Below are positions 1 to 9,352 of a stretch of 64,000 nt of DNA, piece after piece. The DNA lies in the NCBI GenBank assembly GCA_024958795.1, contig JANXHP010000008.1:2698-66697 (forward strand). Reading direction: 5' to 3'. This DNA comes from Candidatus Poseidoniaceae archaeon (GTDB lineage: Archaea > Thermoplasmatota > Poseidoniia > Poseidoniales > Poseidoniaceae). A program made the translations under genes and the position numbers. How positions within the stretch are numbered: position 1 is the stretch's first letter; the number at the start of each line of letters is the position of its first letter. The notes below the pieces were generated by a model. It was not told where the DNA came from. It was given only the letters and a program-made list of their open reading frames with translations, and did not search any database.

Positions 1-656
1 CACTTGGTGGAAATCTTTGTCTTGATACCCGTTGTTTTTGGTATAATCAAGGAGAAGATTGGAGGCGCAGCATAGATTGGTGCCACAAGGCAGATTGTGG
101 AACTGGTGCAGATTGCAGAGTTATTCCAAATCAAAATACACTTTGTGTTGCCACATATCAAGGAGATATCGCTCCTAATTTGATGGTCCTTAATTGCACA
201 GTACACATCGTCGGCCCTTCTGGAGAAAGGCAAGTTCCAATTTGTGATTTTTACCAGTTAGATGGTAAGAAAAAGAATATCCTTGAAGCAGGTGAGTTTT
301 TGCTCAAAGTCACACTTCCAGAAGAGTCTCAACAAAGAATTGGCTGTTACCAAAAATTACGTGTTCGTGATTCATGGGATTTCCCAGAGGCTGGTATTGC
401 CGCATCATGGATTGCAGGTGATGAAAAGTCACTTCTCATCGCATCTACCGCTTTGGAATCTATTCCGAAGATGCATGATGAACAAGTATCAGAAGTATTA
501 GCCGATGGCTGGAACGGAGCAGATAGCATCAAATCCCTTTCTGTAGCAATTCAAAAATCAATAAAACCAGTAAATAATACTACACTGACTCCAAGATATA
601 GGAAGAAGATGGTTCGTGTTTTGACAAAGCGAGCGATTGAAGGAATTTTACAATGA
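1..656 (+). CDS. Molybdopterin-dehydrogenase family (xanthine DH / CO-DH / 4-hydroxybenzoyl-CoA reductase type) FAD-binding medium subunit, C-terminal part; the 5' end lies outside the window
   Basis: Frame 3 is open from the window edge (LGGNLCLDTRCFWYNQGEDWRRSIDWCHKADCGTGADCRVIPNQNTLCVATYQGDIAPNLMVLNCTV) and continues into ORF 180..656. It shows the GGNLC motif, a Cys-rich insert, and a CoxM-type C-terminal domain (YQKLRVRDSWDFPEAGIAASW). Confidence 0.7.
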   Translation, partial: LGGNLCLDTRCFWYNQGEDWRRSIDWCHKADCGTGADCRVIPNQNTLCVATYQGDIAPNLMVLNCTVHIVGPSGERQVPICDFYQLDGKKKNILEAGEFLLKVTLPEESQQRIGCYQKLRVRDSWDFPEAGIAASWIAGDEKSLLIASTALESIPKMHDEQVSEVLADGWNGADSIKSLSVAIQKSIKPVNNTTLTPRYRKKMVRVLTKRAIEGILQ

Positions 657-674
657 GGTGCTTGTTTGAATCGA

Positions 675-1613
675 ATGAGATCTAGAACAATTATCGTAAT
701 ATTACTGCTAATGATATTACCGATTACAATAACGTCATCAGCACAGTTTGGCTCTCAAAGTTGGGAATTGGGTTGGGTGACCAATGTTGACGGAAATTAT
801 GAAGTTGAAATGGAAGATGATTGGGATATTAGTGGAGAATTGGTAATCTTCATTGAAAACTCTCGCCAAAATGAATTAAATGTTAATTTTGATTTAGAAT
901 GGGATTCAGATATTCCATTTATCGTTGACGGGCCAGAGTCGGGAACGGTTGCAGGGGGGGAGAATCTTTCTTTCACCTTTACATTAACAGAAGATAGCAC
1001 CCTTGACATACGAAGTTTCAGCCCATCGGATACATATGTTCTAACATTGACTGCAGATGAAGTAGTATCTGACCAAACCGTATCTAGCCAAGACCTTGAT
1101 GCAGGAGTAAAGTTGCCAAAGATATTCAATCTTCAACCCGATGATATCCCAGATCAATCCATGCATTCAGATACCTGGATTGAAGTTGAAATATTAGTTT
1201 CAAATTGGGGCAATAATAGAGATGCGGTGACAAGTGCTGATGTTGATATTAGAAGTTGCCCTAATCTCAAAGCAGAAGGTTTGGAACAATTTGATAATTT
1301 GGTTGTTGAACCTACTGATTTAAACAATAATGTCGCAAAAGGGTTTGAAGTAAAATTCGTAGCTTCTGTTAGCCATCCTGACCGAACTTGTGAAGTCACA
1401 TTCTCAGTAATTTCTGAAGGAGATGAAAGAGTTCGTTCAACAACATTCGATCTAAAGGTTTCTGCGGCAGAAGTTGTTGTCGATGATAACTCAGGAGATG
1501 GCGGTTCATCGGATGGCGACGGATTAAGTGAAAATACTAGCAATTTAGCATGGTATGGTTTCTATGAATTATTATTCACTCTTCTATTTGCGGCATATAT
1601 TTCTAGACGCTGA
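675..1613 (+). CDS. Secreted, C-terminally membrane-anchored hypothetical protein (surface beta-rich domains)
   Basis: ATG at 675 gives MRSRTIIVILLLMILPITITSSAQ, which looks like a signal peptide. The ORF-track start at 666 is TTG. A Ser/Gly/Asp linker precedes a C-terminal hydrophobic anchor (WYGFYELLFTLLFAAYISRR). I recognise no enzymatic motif. Confidence 0.6.
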   Translation: MRSRTIIVILLLMILPITITSSAQFGSQSWELGWVTNVDGNYEVEMEDDWDISGELVIFIENSRQNELNVNFDLEWDSDIPFIVDGPESGTVAGGENLSFTFTLTEDSTLDIRSFSPSDTYVLTLTADEVVSDQTVSSQDLDAGVKLPKIFNLQPDDIPDQSMHSDTWIEVEILVSNWGNNRDAVTSADVDIRSCPNLKAEGLEQFDNLVVEPTDLNNNVAKGFEVKFVASVSHPDRTCEVTFSVISEGDERVRSTTFDLKVSAAEVVVDDNSGDGGSSDGDGLSENTSNLAWYGFYELLFTLLFAAYISRR

Positions 1614-1790
1614 GCAGTGGCACATTTTCACAACAAAAAAAATTGATATTATTATTCAATAAAGAATTATTATTATTGCCTCCGCAATTATCCGGCGTGT
1701 TGTTTCCGCATTCCGGCATATTTCCCTCAAAACGAATAGAAACAGGGGGGCGGTTCAACAATTGAAAATGCGCAGTGATGGACAACTATT

Positions 1791-3449
1791 ATGAGTGGAG
1801 CGAAGTTCCGACGAATGCTTGTATTGAGTTATGCTTATGCAAACACCGATGGAGAGACTGAAATGGCAGAAGGCGAGGGTTCCCGTTTCAGTCTTGAGAC
1901 ATGGCTGATGGTCGGCTTAATTTCCTCGCTATTATTGTCCACAGTCGTGATTGCATTAGTTTCTTCAAACAAAGAAACAGTGTTCTCTCCATATGATAAT
2001 AGTTCAGAACATTCCGACCAACAATTAACAGTTATGCGTTCAGATTTAGGTGATGGCGGTTTTAATTACAATATTGCTAACACCATGTCAACTCCGATGT
2101 TAGTAAATGATTGGAAAGAACCACATCGCACACTATTGGTTATCGCTGCACCAGAGAAACCATTTGATTCAGCAGAAGCAACAGCACTGCATGATTTTGT
2201 CACAAAGAAAGGTGGTAAAGTAATTCTCGCAGCAAATAGTACCAATGCGCAATTGGTCGCTGAAGAATTTGGTGTCAAATACTTTGATGCATCTGTTGTT
2301 GATCCTTACCAGTATTATGAGGTTGCAAATGAAAAAGGCGAACGTATAGAGCCAGACCAAAGAAGACTTTGGGCAGTTGCAAGTATTGATAGAGAAGTAT
2401 CTGAAATGGGCGAAGAATCTAGAATTCCTTGCAGTCAAGCAATGATTGACCTCACACAAATCAGCAATTGTAGAATGCCAGTACTATTCCACCGTCCAAC
2501 AGCAATTCAGGTATTGGATGAACAGGCTGATACTGGGCGCGAAATTAGTGTATTAGCACATGCATCAACTCCAGCATTCATTGCTCGTCATGATATGGAT
2601 GTAAACAATCAGAACAATCCAACTCTAGGTGAAGGCAAGACTGGGCTAATCGTTCGTATTGACTATCCAGTAAATAGCGGAATTATTGATAAGAAGCCTA
2701 ACAACGATATTGGTGAAGTTTCAGTAACTGGAAGTATTGTTTTTGTTTCAGACCATTCGGTGTTAGCAAATCATCTTTGGGATATTGACTTAGCTGGAGA
2801 AACAGGAAAGCAACAATGTACTTCACCACTATATGTTAACAATAATCACAAATGCTGGAGCACTTCAAGCAATGGATTATCCGCTTCACAGGGTGACACA
2901 CAATGGTATGGAAACTCTCAATATTTCTCCGCTCTAATTTATGATATGATGGAATTTGACAACGGTGAAATGTCAACTACTGTCACCAGCCGTCCTGACC
3001 AGTTCAATTTGGTATTCGACGAAAGTCGACACATCTCCAGTTCATTGAGCATGCCTTTTACTGAAGCAATGGGTGCAATCGTATTACTTACCAGCGATGT
3101 GGTATTGAAGTGGTTGATAATTCTCAATCTCTTCGCCCTTCTATCCATTGCAATTATGGTTGTACCTGAGAAGGAAAATTGGAGGCACGTCTTTGATTTG
3201 ACTCGCTTCCGCGAACGCCCAACCAAAGTTGATTCTTCACAATATCACGTGCGCACAAGAGAAGCATTGCTCTCTAAGGTGCGTCAATTTAATGACTTGA
3301 CGCACGATGAATTCGCGCTCAAGAGCCCAGCGGAAATAATGCAATTAGTCCGCGACCCACGATTGGTTGAATTAATCAGCAGTAATCGTGTCTACTCCAA
3401 CGAAGAACTAAGGGAAGTAATCCCACAAATTCGACGTTGGGGTAAATGA
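1791..3449 (+). CDS. Membrane protein, DUF4350-like, of the kind found upstream of MoxR/DUF58 pairs
   Basis: There is an N-terminal TM (WLMVGLISSLLLSTVVIALV) and a late TM pair (AIVLLTSDVVLKWLIILNLFALLSIAIMVV). The segment LLVIAAPEKPFDSAEATALHDFVTKKGGKVILAANS resembles the DUF4350 core. The gene lies immediately upstream of MoxR. The family call is from memory. Confidence 0.5.
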   Translation: MSGAKFRRMLVLSYAYANTDGETEMAEGEGSRFSLETWLMVGLISSLLLSTVVIALVSSNKETVFSPYDNSSEHSDQQLTVMRSDLGDGGFNYNIANTMSTPMLVNDWKEPHRTLLVIAAPEKPFDSAEATALHDFVTKKGGKVILAANSTNAQLVAEEFGVKYFDASVVDPYQYYEVANEKGERIEPDQRRLWAVASIDREVSEMGEESRIPCSQAMIDLTQISNCRMPVLFHRPTAIQVLDEQADTGREISVLAHASTPAFIARHDMDVNNQNNPTLGEGKTGLIVRIDYPVNSGIIDKKPNNDIGEVSVTGSIVFVSDHSVLANHLWDIDLAGETGKQQCTSPLYVNNNHKCWSTSSNGLSASQGDTQWYGNSQYFSALIYDMMEFDNGEMSTTVTSRPDQFNLVFDESRHISSSLSMPFTEAMGAIVLLTSDVVLKWLIILNLFALLSIAIMVVPEKENWRHVFDLTRFRERPTKVDSSQYHVRTREALLSKVRQFNDLTHDEFALKSPAEIMQLVRDPRLVELISSNRVYSNEELREVIPQIRRWGK

Positions 3450-3466
3450 AATAGGAGGAAATTGAC

Positions 3467-4603
3467 ATGCAACCCCCAGCACCACCAGCAGCCCCAGCAG
3501 TTCCTGCACCTGTGGCCCCTGCAGCGCCTATGCCTGCCCCTGCTCCTGCGGCACCAATGCCAGCAGTAGCACCAGCAGCACCAGCGCCAGCAGCACCAGC
3601 CCCAATGCCTGCAGCTACTGCCCAACCAAGACATCAGAGCACACCTGAGGTCCGAGAACGCCTACAAGCAGTCGGAGCGATCGCAACAGCGATTTCTGCG
3701 GAAATTCAAAAGGTAATTATCGGAAAGGCCCACGTTATTGATAATGTGTTGGTTAATATCCTCGCCAACGGTAACCTTCTGTTCGAAGATTACCCAGGTT
3801 TGGCTAAGACTCTGATGACAAATACCTTTGCCGATGCACTCGGCTGTGACTTTAAGCGTGTACAATTTACACCGGATTTGTTACCAGCTGATATCACCGG
3901 TACTAACATCTATGATGCTAAGAAGGGAGAGTTTACTTTCAAGCCAGGACCTTTGTTCTGTAACCTTCTACTAGCGGACGAGATTAACCGTGCTCCACCA
4001 AAGACTCAAGCAGCTTTGCTTGAGGCTATGCAAGAGAAGCAAGTTACAATCGGAACAGTAACCCACAAGTTACCTGCACCATTTATTGTAATGGCAACTC
4101 AAAACCCTGTAGAGCAAGAAGGTACATACCCTCTCCCAGAAGCACAACTTGACCGTTTCATGTTCAAGATGTCCGTAGGATATCCTGACCGTGCTGATGA
4201 AGACGAAATTCTTTCCCGTCGTATTAGCCGTGGAAAGGATGCAGTTGATGTCGATGTAATTACTGACCCACAACGAGTTATTGCTATGCAACAAGCTTGT
4301 GAAGATGTATATGTTGATCCTGCACTTCGTATGTACATGGTAGAAATCGTAGCAAGAACCCGTGAGGACCCTCGTGTTCTCGTCGGTGCTTCCCCTCGTG
4401 GTAGCCAAGCGCTTCTGAAGACTTCCCGTGCATCAGCCGCTCTACGTGGCCGTGACTTCGTTACACCAGATGATATTAAGTCAGTTGCAGAAATTGCAGT
4501 TGCACACCGTCTCATCCTCAAGCCTGAACACCAAATTAAGGGTCTTGAACCGGGCGAAGTAATTCAATCAATTTTGCGCGAAGTACCTGTGCCTACTGTT
4601 TGA
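3467..4603 (+). CDS. MoxR-family AAA+ ATPase with a 57-aa Pro/Ala-rich N-terminal extension
   Basis: Walker A is YPGLAKT and Walker B is LLLADEINRAPPKTQAALLEAMQE, within the typical MoxR core. A GGAGG Shine-Dalgarno sequence sits 8 nt upstream of the ATG at 3467. No alternative in-frame Met occurs before the ATPase core. Confidence 0.9.
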   Translation: MQPPAPPAAPAVPAPVAPAAPMPAPAPAAPMPAVAPAAPAPAAPAPMPAATAQPRHQSTPEVRERLQAVGAIATAISAEIQKVIIGKAHVIDNVLVNILANGNLLFEDYPGLAKTLMTNTFADALGCDFKRVQFTPDLLPADITGTNIYDAKKGEFTFKPGPLFCNLLLADEINRAPPKTQAALLEAMQEKQVTIGTVTHKLPAPFIVMATQNPVEQEGTYPLPEAQLDRFMFKMSVGYPDRADEDEILSRRISRGKDAVDVDVITDPQRVIAMQQACEDVYVDPALRMYMVEIVARTREDPRVLVGASPRGSQALLKTSRASAALRGRDFVTPDDIKSVAEIAVAHRLILKPEHQIKGLEPGEVIQSILREVPVPTV

Positions 4604-4638
4604 ATCTAAACTCTGTAATTGATAAAGAGGTGTTTTAG

Positions 4639-5952
4639 ATGTGGAGTCGTAAATCAGCAATGTTAGGAAGTTTGGCTGTGTCCATGTATTTACTTGGACT
4701 CACCTTGCGAAACTCCCAACTTGTTACAATCGCTGTAGTCATCTTTGTTTTCCTTACCTGGGCTGCCCTTTTCGGTGGCCATGCAGACGTCGCAAGTACT
4801 GGACGTCGTGCAGATGAATGGAAGGGAGAAGAAGGAGCTGCACTCGGTAATGTCTCTGCAATGCGTAAATTATCTAGCGCTCGTATTTTCGAAGACGGGG
4901 AGTTAGATGTAACGCTGCGAATGCAAAACCACTCTTCATTAGCCAAGATATTGGAGGTTAGAGATAGAGTTCCAGAAGTAATGAGAATCAAACAAGGTTC
5001 TAATTACATTTTGATGGAACTTGGTCCTCGCCGTGAAACAATGATTGAATACACTGTTGAATGTCCACTACGTGGCTTCTATAGTCTGGGTCCTGTGGCT
5101 GTTAGGATCCAAGACGCTTTTGGATTATTTCACAAGGAAAAAGAATTGCATGTCTACAATGATTTCCTTGTGTTCCCTAAGATGGAAGACCTTACTGATA
5201 CATTCGTCAAGTCTCGTGTTCCGAAGATTTTCACCGGTGCGGTAAATATCAGACAACCAGGTCCTGGTTCCGAATTCTATTCACTTCGTGAATATTTTGA
5301 AGGAGATTCCTTTAGAGCAATTAACTGGTCAGCATATGCTCGTACTGGTAGATTGATGGTTAACGAACGTGAACGTGATGCAGTATCCGATATTATCATC
5401 ATTGTTGATTCAAGAGCAGTTTCTGAAACTGGTCCTGTCTCTAGAAATGCTTTGGTATATTCAACAAGAGCAGCAGCATCATTGGCTAAGTATTTCCTTA
5501 GCCGTCGTGACTCTGTCGGTGTTATTACATATGGAAATGAAGTTGTCAGTGTTGATAGAGATACTGGAAAGAAGCAACTATACATTATTCTAACCAAGTT
5601 ATCAGGTGCAGTTGCTGGCGGTAATATTCCACTACAAGTAGTAGTAAACAGAATAATGCCTCACATCAACAAGGGTAGCCCGATTATCTTCTTGTCCAAT
5701 CTTGAAGATGACCCAACTATTGTTAATGCACTACGAGACTTTAGAGCAAGGAATTTCGATGTAACAGTTCTTACACCTTCATCCCTTGAATTTGAGTTTG
5801 ATGCTAAGCGTATTGATAGAACTGGATATGAAGTAATGAAGACTGAAAGAGATGTATTAATCAGCGAATTAAGAGGTCTTGGAGTCAATATTATGGATTG
5901 GGAGCCTGATATGCTACTATCTACTGCACTTGCAGGAGCAAGAGGATTCTGA
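4639..5952 (+). CDS. DUF58 (vWA-like) protein, the usual MoxR partner
   Basis: Two N-terminal TM helices are present, plus the DUF58 signature REYFEGDSFRAINWSAYARTGRLMVNERE followed by IIIVDS. A GAGGTG Shine-Dalgarno sequence is upstream. Confidence 0.85.
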   Translation: MWSRKSAMLGSLAVSMYLLGLTLRNSQLVTIAVVIFVFLTWAALFGGHADVASTGRRADEWKGEEGAALGNVSAMRKLSSARIFEDGELDVTLRMQNHSSLAKILEVRDRVPEVMRIKQGSNYILMELGPRRETMIEYTVECPLRGFYSLGPVAVRIQDAFGLFHKEKELHVYNDFLVFPKMEDLTDTFVKSRVPKIFTGAVNIRQPGPGSEFYSLREYFEGDSFRAINWSAYARTGRLMVNERERDAVSDIIIIVDSRAVSETGPVSRNALVYSTRAAASLAKYFLSRRDSVGVITYGNEVVSVDRDTGKKQLYIILTKLSGAVAGGNIPLQVVVNRIMPHINKGSPIIFLSNLEDDPTIVNALRDFRARNFDVTVLTPSSLEFEFDAKRIDRTGYEVMKTERDVLISELRGLGVNIMDWEPDMLLSTALAGARGF

Positions 5953-5961
5953 GGTGATATT

Positions 5962-6885
5962 ATGACTATTAAAAAGCCAACAGGAGACACTTCACACTTG
6001 TATGATGGAAAGACTGTTCGTTCAGCTGCTCCATCAAGAAAGAAAGCTGCAGGACAAATGGGACTTGGTTCTGAAATTCCAAAAGATGCTATTCCATCAG
6101 TTGAAATTCCATCCTTTATTGAGAGTCTATTAGGTGGCCCTCTTGTGCCAAAGATGAAATTCTTACCTCCAGATAAGATGGTGCAAAACCTTCAGATTGG
6201 AGTTTATGGAGTACTGATTGCTCTTGCTCTTCTAACATTTATTGTCTCACCAGAGGAAGGATCAATTTGGTACATGATGACAGGAAGTCTTGGATTTGCA
6301 TTCATTATGCAAATGCTGATAATTATTTCAGCGACAGTTGCTGGTTTCTGGGGAACTTTCCAAAGAGATGCACGTTTTTCCATAGCAAGTAATCTGTTAT
6401 TCATACTTGCAATTTTACGATTCGCATCATCAAAGGTGACTTTGTCTAATGATGTGTTTGGATTATCAGATAGTCCAACAATGCTATCCATTTTAGTTGT
6501 TGTTTATTCAGTACTTTTGATAATGTATTTCGAATTATCAAATGGTGTGATTCGCTATTCAATGTTGGATACGAGTATTCGTACCAATGAAGTATACGTA
6601 ATGAATCCAAAGAAGATTGTTGGAAAATATCACCGTTCACTCATTTTGAACCCTATTCTTGCTACTATTCTAGCAATGATTGTGCTAAATGCAAACAAGA
6701 TATTGCCATTCATCGTTGGTATTTTCTCTGAAGATGTAGCAATGCGTATGGAAGAATCAGTTGAATTGATTTCAGTATACGGTGTTGCACTTGGAACATT
6801 ATTTGTATTCTTGGTTGTAGGTGGATTGTTTGCATTGAATCTTCCAACCCACTTGCAGAATTACCGAGAGAATAAATCAGAGTGA
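5962..6885 (+). CDS. Polytopic membrane protein, hypothetical (last gene of the MoxR cluster)
   Basis: The ORF is 307 aa with about 6-7 hydrophobic helices after a basic, probably cytoplasmic N-terminus. A GAGGTG Shine-Dalgarno sequence follows 9 nt after the DUF58 stop. Confidence 0.6.
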   Translation: MTIKKPTGDTSHLYDGKTVRSAAPSRKKAAGQMGLGSEIPKDAIPSVEIPSFIESLLGGPLVPKMKFLPPDKMVQNLQIGVYGVLIALALLTFIVSPEEGSIWYMMTGSLGFAFIMQMLIIISATVAGFWGTFQRDARFSIASNLLFILAILRFASSKVTLSNDVFGLSDSPTMLSILVVVYSVLLIMYFELSNGVIRYSMLDTSIRTNEVYVMNPKKIVGKYHRSLILNPILATILAMIVLNANKILPFIVGIFSEDVAMRMEESVELISVYGVALGTLFVFLVVGGLFALNLPTHLQNYRENKSE

Positions 6886-6897
6886 ATTAATATCTCT

Positions 6898-8235
6898 TCA
6901 TTGATGAAGAGAATTACATAGATTGAATCTATCACTCATTTCTACTAGCATTGACTTAATGTCCTTTTCTTTAACTAACAATCTCAAAGAGTGAGGAGAT
7001 TGACTGAGTAATTGCAAATCCCATCTATTTTCAATTTCATCAAATAATGTTAGTTGCTCTTGTTCAGAGCCATTTCCTACTAAAGATATCATTGCTGAAT
7101 ATGTTTTAACATCAGGTGTTTGGAAATGGTTTGTAATGATTTGTTGAGATCTGATTAGGTCGTGCTGAGAGATTATCAATTTCAATTCACCTGGTTGAGA
7201 ATGTAAATGCCAACAAGTAATATCTTCGTTTGATAAGTCTACCAACAATTGACCTAAGTTTTTGCTTTGTTCTTCAAGTGAGAGTGTCTCTATGGACAAA
7301 TATGCTACACTTGCAAGGCAACCAACTCCTTTGACTCTATATTCTTCATGAATATCAGGTCCAATGACTGTTTGTGCAAACTCCTTTTCCCTGTAGAGAT
7401 GCATTATTTCCAAAGGAATTCCTACAGTTGCTAGAGGTTCTACAGTCGCAGGATGGAGAACAGGAGTATCCAATCTGGAAAGTTCCATCGCTTCTCCATA
7501 TCCAAGGTAGTGTATTGCAGTTGTTTCTATTCCCCAACGTGGGTTTATTGGCAACACTCCAGCAACATCTTTCCATAGAATTACTCTTTCTGCATCAACA
7601 AGATTAGCAATTGCAGTAGCCGTATGATCGCTACCACCACGCCCTAGTAACGCTAATTCTCCATCAATACCCTGCCCAAACCAGCCAGTGATAACTGGTG
7701 TACCTTGCAAAGCCGATAGGTCAAGATTATTTTTTGATGCTTCTAAATCAACGGTAGGAGCCTTACCGCTTCCATTCAACCTCAAACCAATATCCTCTGC
7801 TCCTACAGGGTGAGAATCAATTCCTTTCGTGTTAAGGAAATGAGATACAACCAATGCACTCAATCTTTCTCCAGCAGCCAGTAATCGATTCTTTGCTACA
7901 TGATCTTCTGGTTTGACTGCAAGTTCAACCAATGAAGTTTCAATTCCATTTAGAACTGCTTTGAATAATATCCCAAGACTTGAGTCTGCTAATCCAGGTG
8001 AAAAGCGTAAGTGCTGTTCTTCTAAATCATGTACTAAGCGGCCAGCATAGCGAGGTTCATGCGATGCTCTAAGCAATCTATCAGTAGTTCCCCATAATGC
8101 AGAAACAACAAGTATTACTTGTCCATTGGTTTGTTGAATCACTTGCGAAATCCGTTCAAGGTCTGAAGAATCTCGCAAACAAGAACCTCCAAATTTGTGA
8201 ACTGTAATCATTTCCTTAGTCATCAAAATAGCCAC
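6898..8235 (-). CDS. Aspartate kinase with C-terminal ACT-type regulatory region
   Basis: Motifs seen: VHKFGGSCL, VVSALWGTTDRLL, LLGRGGSDHTATAIA and ILWKDVAGVLPINPR. The start is uncertain: 8235, 8223 or 8211. The 8235 start overlaps the aroC stop by 20 nt. Confidence 0.85.
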   Translation of the reverse strand: MAILMTKEMITVHKFGGSCLRDSSDLERISQVIQQTNGQVILVVSALWGTTDRLLRASHEPRYAGRLVHDLEEQHLRFSPGLADSSLGILFKAVLNGIETSLVELAVKPEDHVAKNRLLAAGERLSALVVSHFLNTKGIDSHPVGAEDIGLRLNGSGKAPTVDLEASKNNLDLSALQGTPVITGWFGQGIDGELALLGRGGSDHTATAIANLVDAERVILWKDVAGVLPINPRWGIETTAIHYLGYGEAMELSRLDTPVLHPATVEPLATVGIPLEIMHLYREKEFAQTVIGPDIHEEYRVKGVGCLASVAYLSIETLSLEEQSKNLGQLLVDLSNEDITCWHLHSQPGELKLIISQHDLIRSQQIITNHFQTPDVKTYSAMISLVGNGSEQEQLTLFDEIENRWDLQLLSQSPHSLRLLVKEKDIKSMLVEMSDRFNLCNSLHQ

Positions 8236-9352
8236 CCCTCAATGCCAAATCAGTCAAAATAAAAGTTGCCATCGCTTCAACAACTGCTACAGCGCGTGGA
8301 CCTATTACCGGATCATGCCTTCCTTTAACAACAAGATTTTCCTCAATTCCGCTTTCCAAATTCAAAGTTAATTGTGGTCTTGCAATGCTGGAAGGTGGTT
8401 TGAAAGCAACATTGATTTTCAATGGTGCTCCGCTTGCTAACCCAGCGATTGCTCCATCAGGTGATTTGCCCTTCAATTTAGGTTTAGAAGCAGGGCCACT
8501 CCATGCATCATTATGCTGTGAACCGCGCATTTGTACAGCATTAAACCCTCTTCCAAATTCAATACCTCTCGCAGCAGGAATAGCCATCATCGCCCTTGCA
8601 AGAGCCGGTTCAATACCATCAAACCAAGGTTCTCCCAAACCGAGAGGTAAGCCAGAAATGCATAGTTCTACTTTACTACCAACAGAATCCAATTCACCCC
8701 TAAGAGTTGTTAGATATTGTGCCATTAATTTAGCTGCAACTGGGTCTTTACATCTCAAATTAATACAATCTTCATTTTGCCAATCATCTGGGCAAGATTG
8801 GATATCGCGAGCAGTAATATTGCCAATAGCCGATACATGGGCTTCAATTTTAACCCCCATCTTGTCGACAATGGGCGCTAATATCGCTGCAACTGCAACG
8901 ATTGGTGCAGTCAATCTAGCACTTGAGGTGCCGCCACCTCTCAAATCAGCCTTTCCTTCAGTTTTAATGTGCATTAACAGGTCTTGGTGTCCTGGGCGAG
9001 GGTGATGTGGGAGAAATGAATAATCACTTGATTTCACATCATTATTTGCAATTCTAATTTTACATGGTTGACCATTTGTTTTTCCATCTTCCACGCCGCT
9101 CAATATTTCTACAATGTCACTCTCTTTTCTTTTGCTTGAATATTTTCCACCCGGCTTGCGTTTATCCATTGCACGTTGGATTGCATCAGCATCAATAACA
9201 ATACCAGAAGGCATTCCTTCAACGATTGCACCTACTTCTGGACCATGGCTGGTACCAAATAGGGTCAAACGAATGGCTTGGCCGATGCTCATTTGCATAC
9301 TTGACTCACCCAAGCCAGTAAACACTGTTTGAATAATGTGTTTGTTGCTCAC
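8216..9352 (-). CDS. aroC: Chorismate synthase
   Basis: Motifs seen: IRLTLFGTSHGPEVGAIVEGMPSG and RPGHQD, with a full-length AroC-like pattern. The start may be the internal Met at 9292. There is a 4-nt ATGA overlap with the upstream gene. Confidence 0.9.
   Translation of the reverse strand: MSNKHIIQTVFTGLGESSMQMSIGQAIRLTLFGTSHGPEVGAIVEGMPSGIVIDADAIQRAMDKRKPGGKYSSKRKESDIVEILSGVEDGKTNGQPCKIRIANNDVKSSDYSFLPHHPRPGHQDLLMHIKTEGKADLRGGGTSSARLTAPIVAVAAILAPIVDKMGVKIEAHVSAIGNITARDIQSCPDDWQNEDCINLRCKDPVAAKLMAQYLTTLRGELDSVGSKVELCISGLPLGLGEPWFDGIEPALARAMMAIPAARGIEFGRGFNAVQMRGSQHNDAWSGPASKPKLKGKSPDGAIAGLASGAPLKINVAFKPPSSIARPQLTLNLESGIEENLVVKGRHDPVIGPRAVAVVEAMATFILTDLALRGGYFDD

Noticed and set aside
3392-3634. 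80-aa minus-strand ORF rich in W, C and R (MSWLGSSCRHWGWCCWRWCCW...)
   Set aside because: It is the exact antisense of the GC-rich Pro/Ala codon tract of the MoxR gene. Its composition is a mirror artefact of GCN/CCN repeats. It has no Shine-Dalgarno sequence or promoter context.
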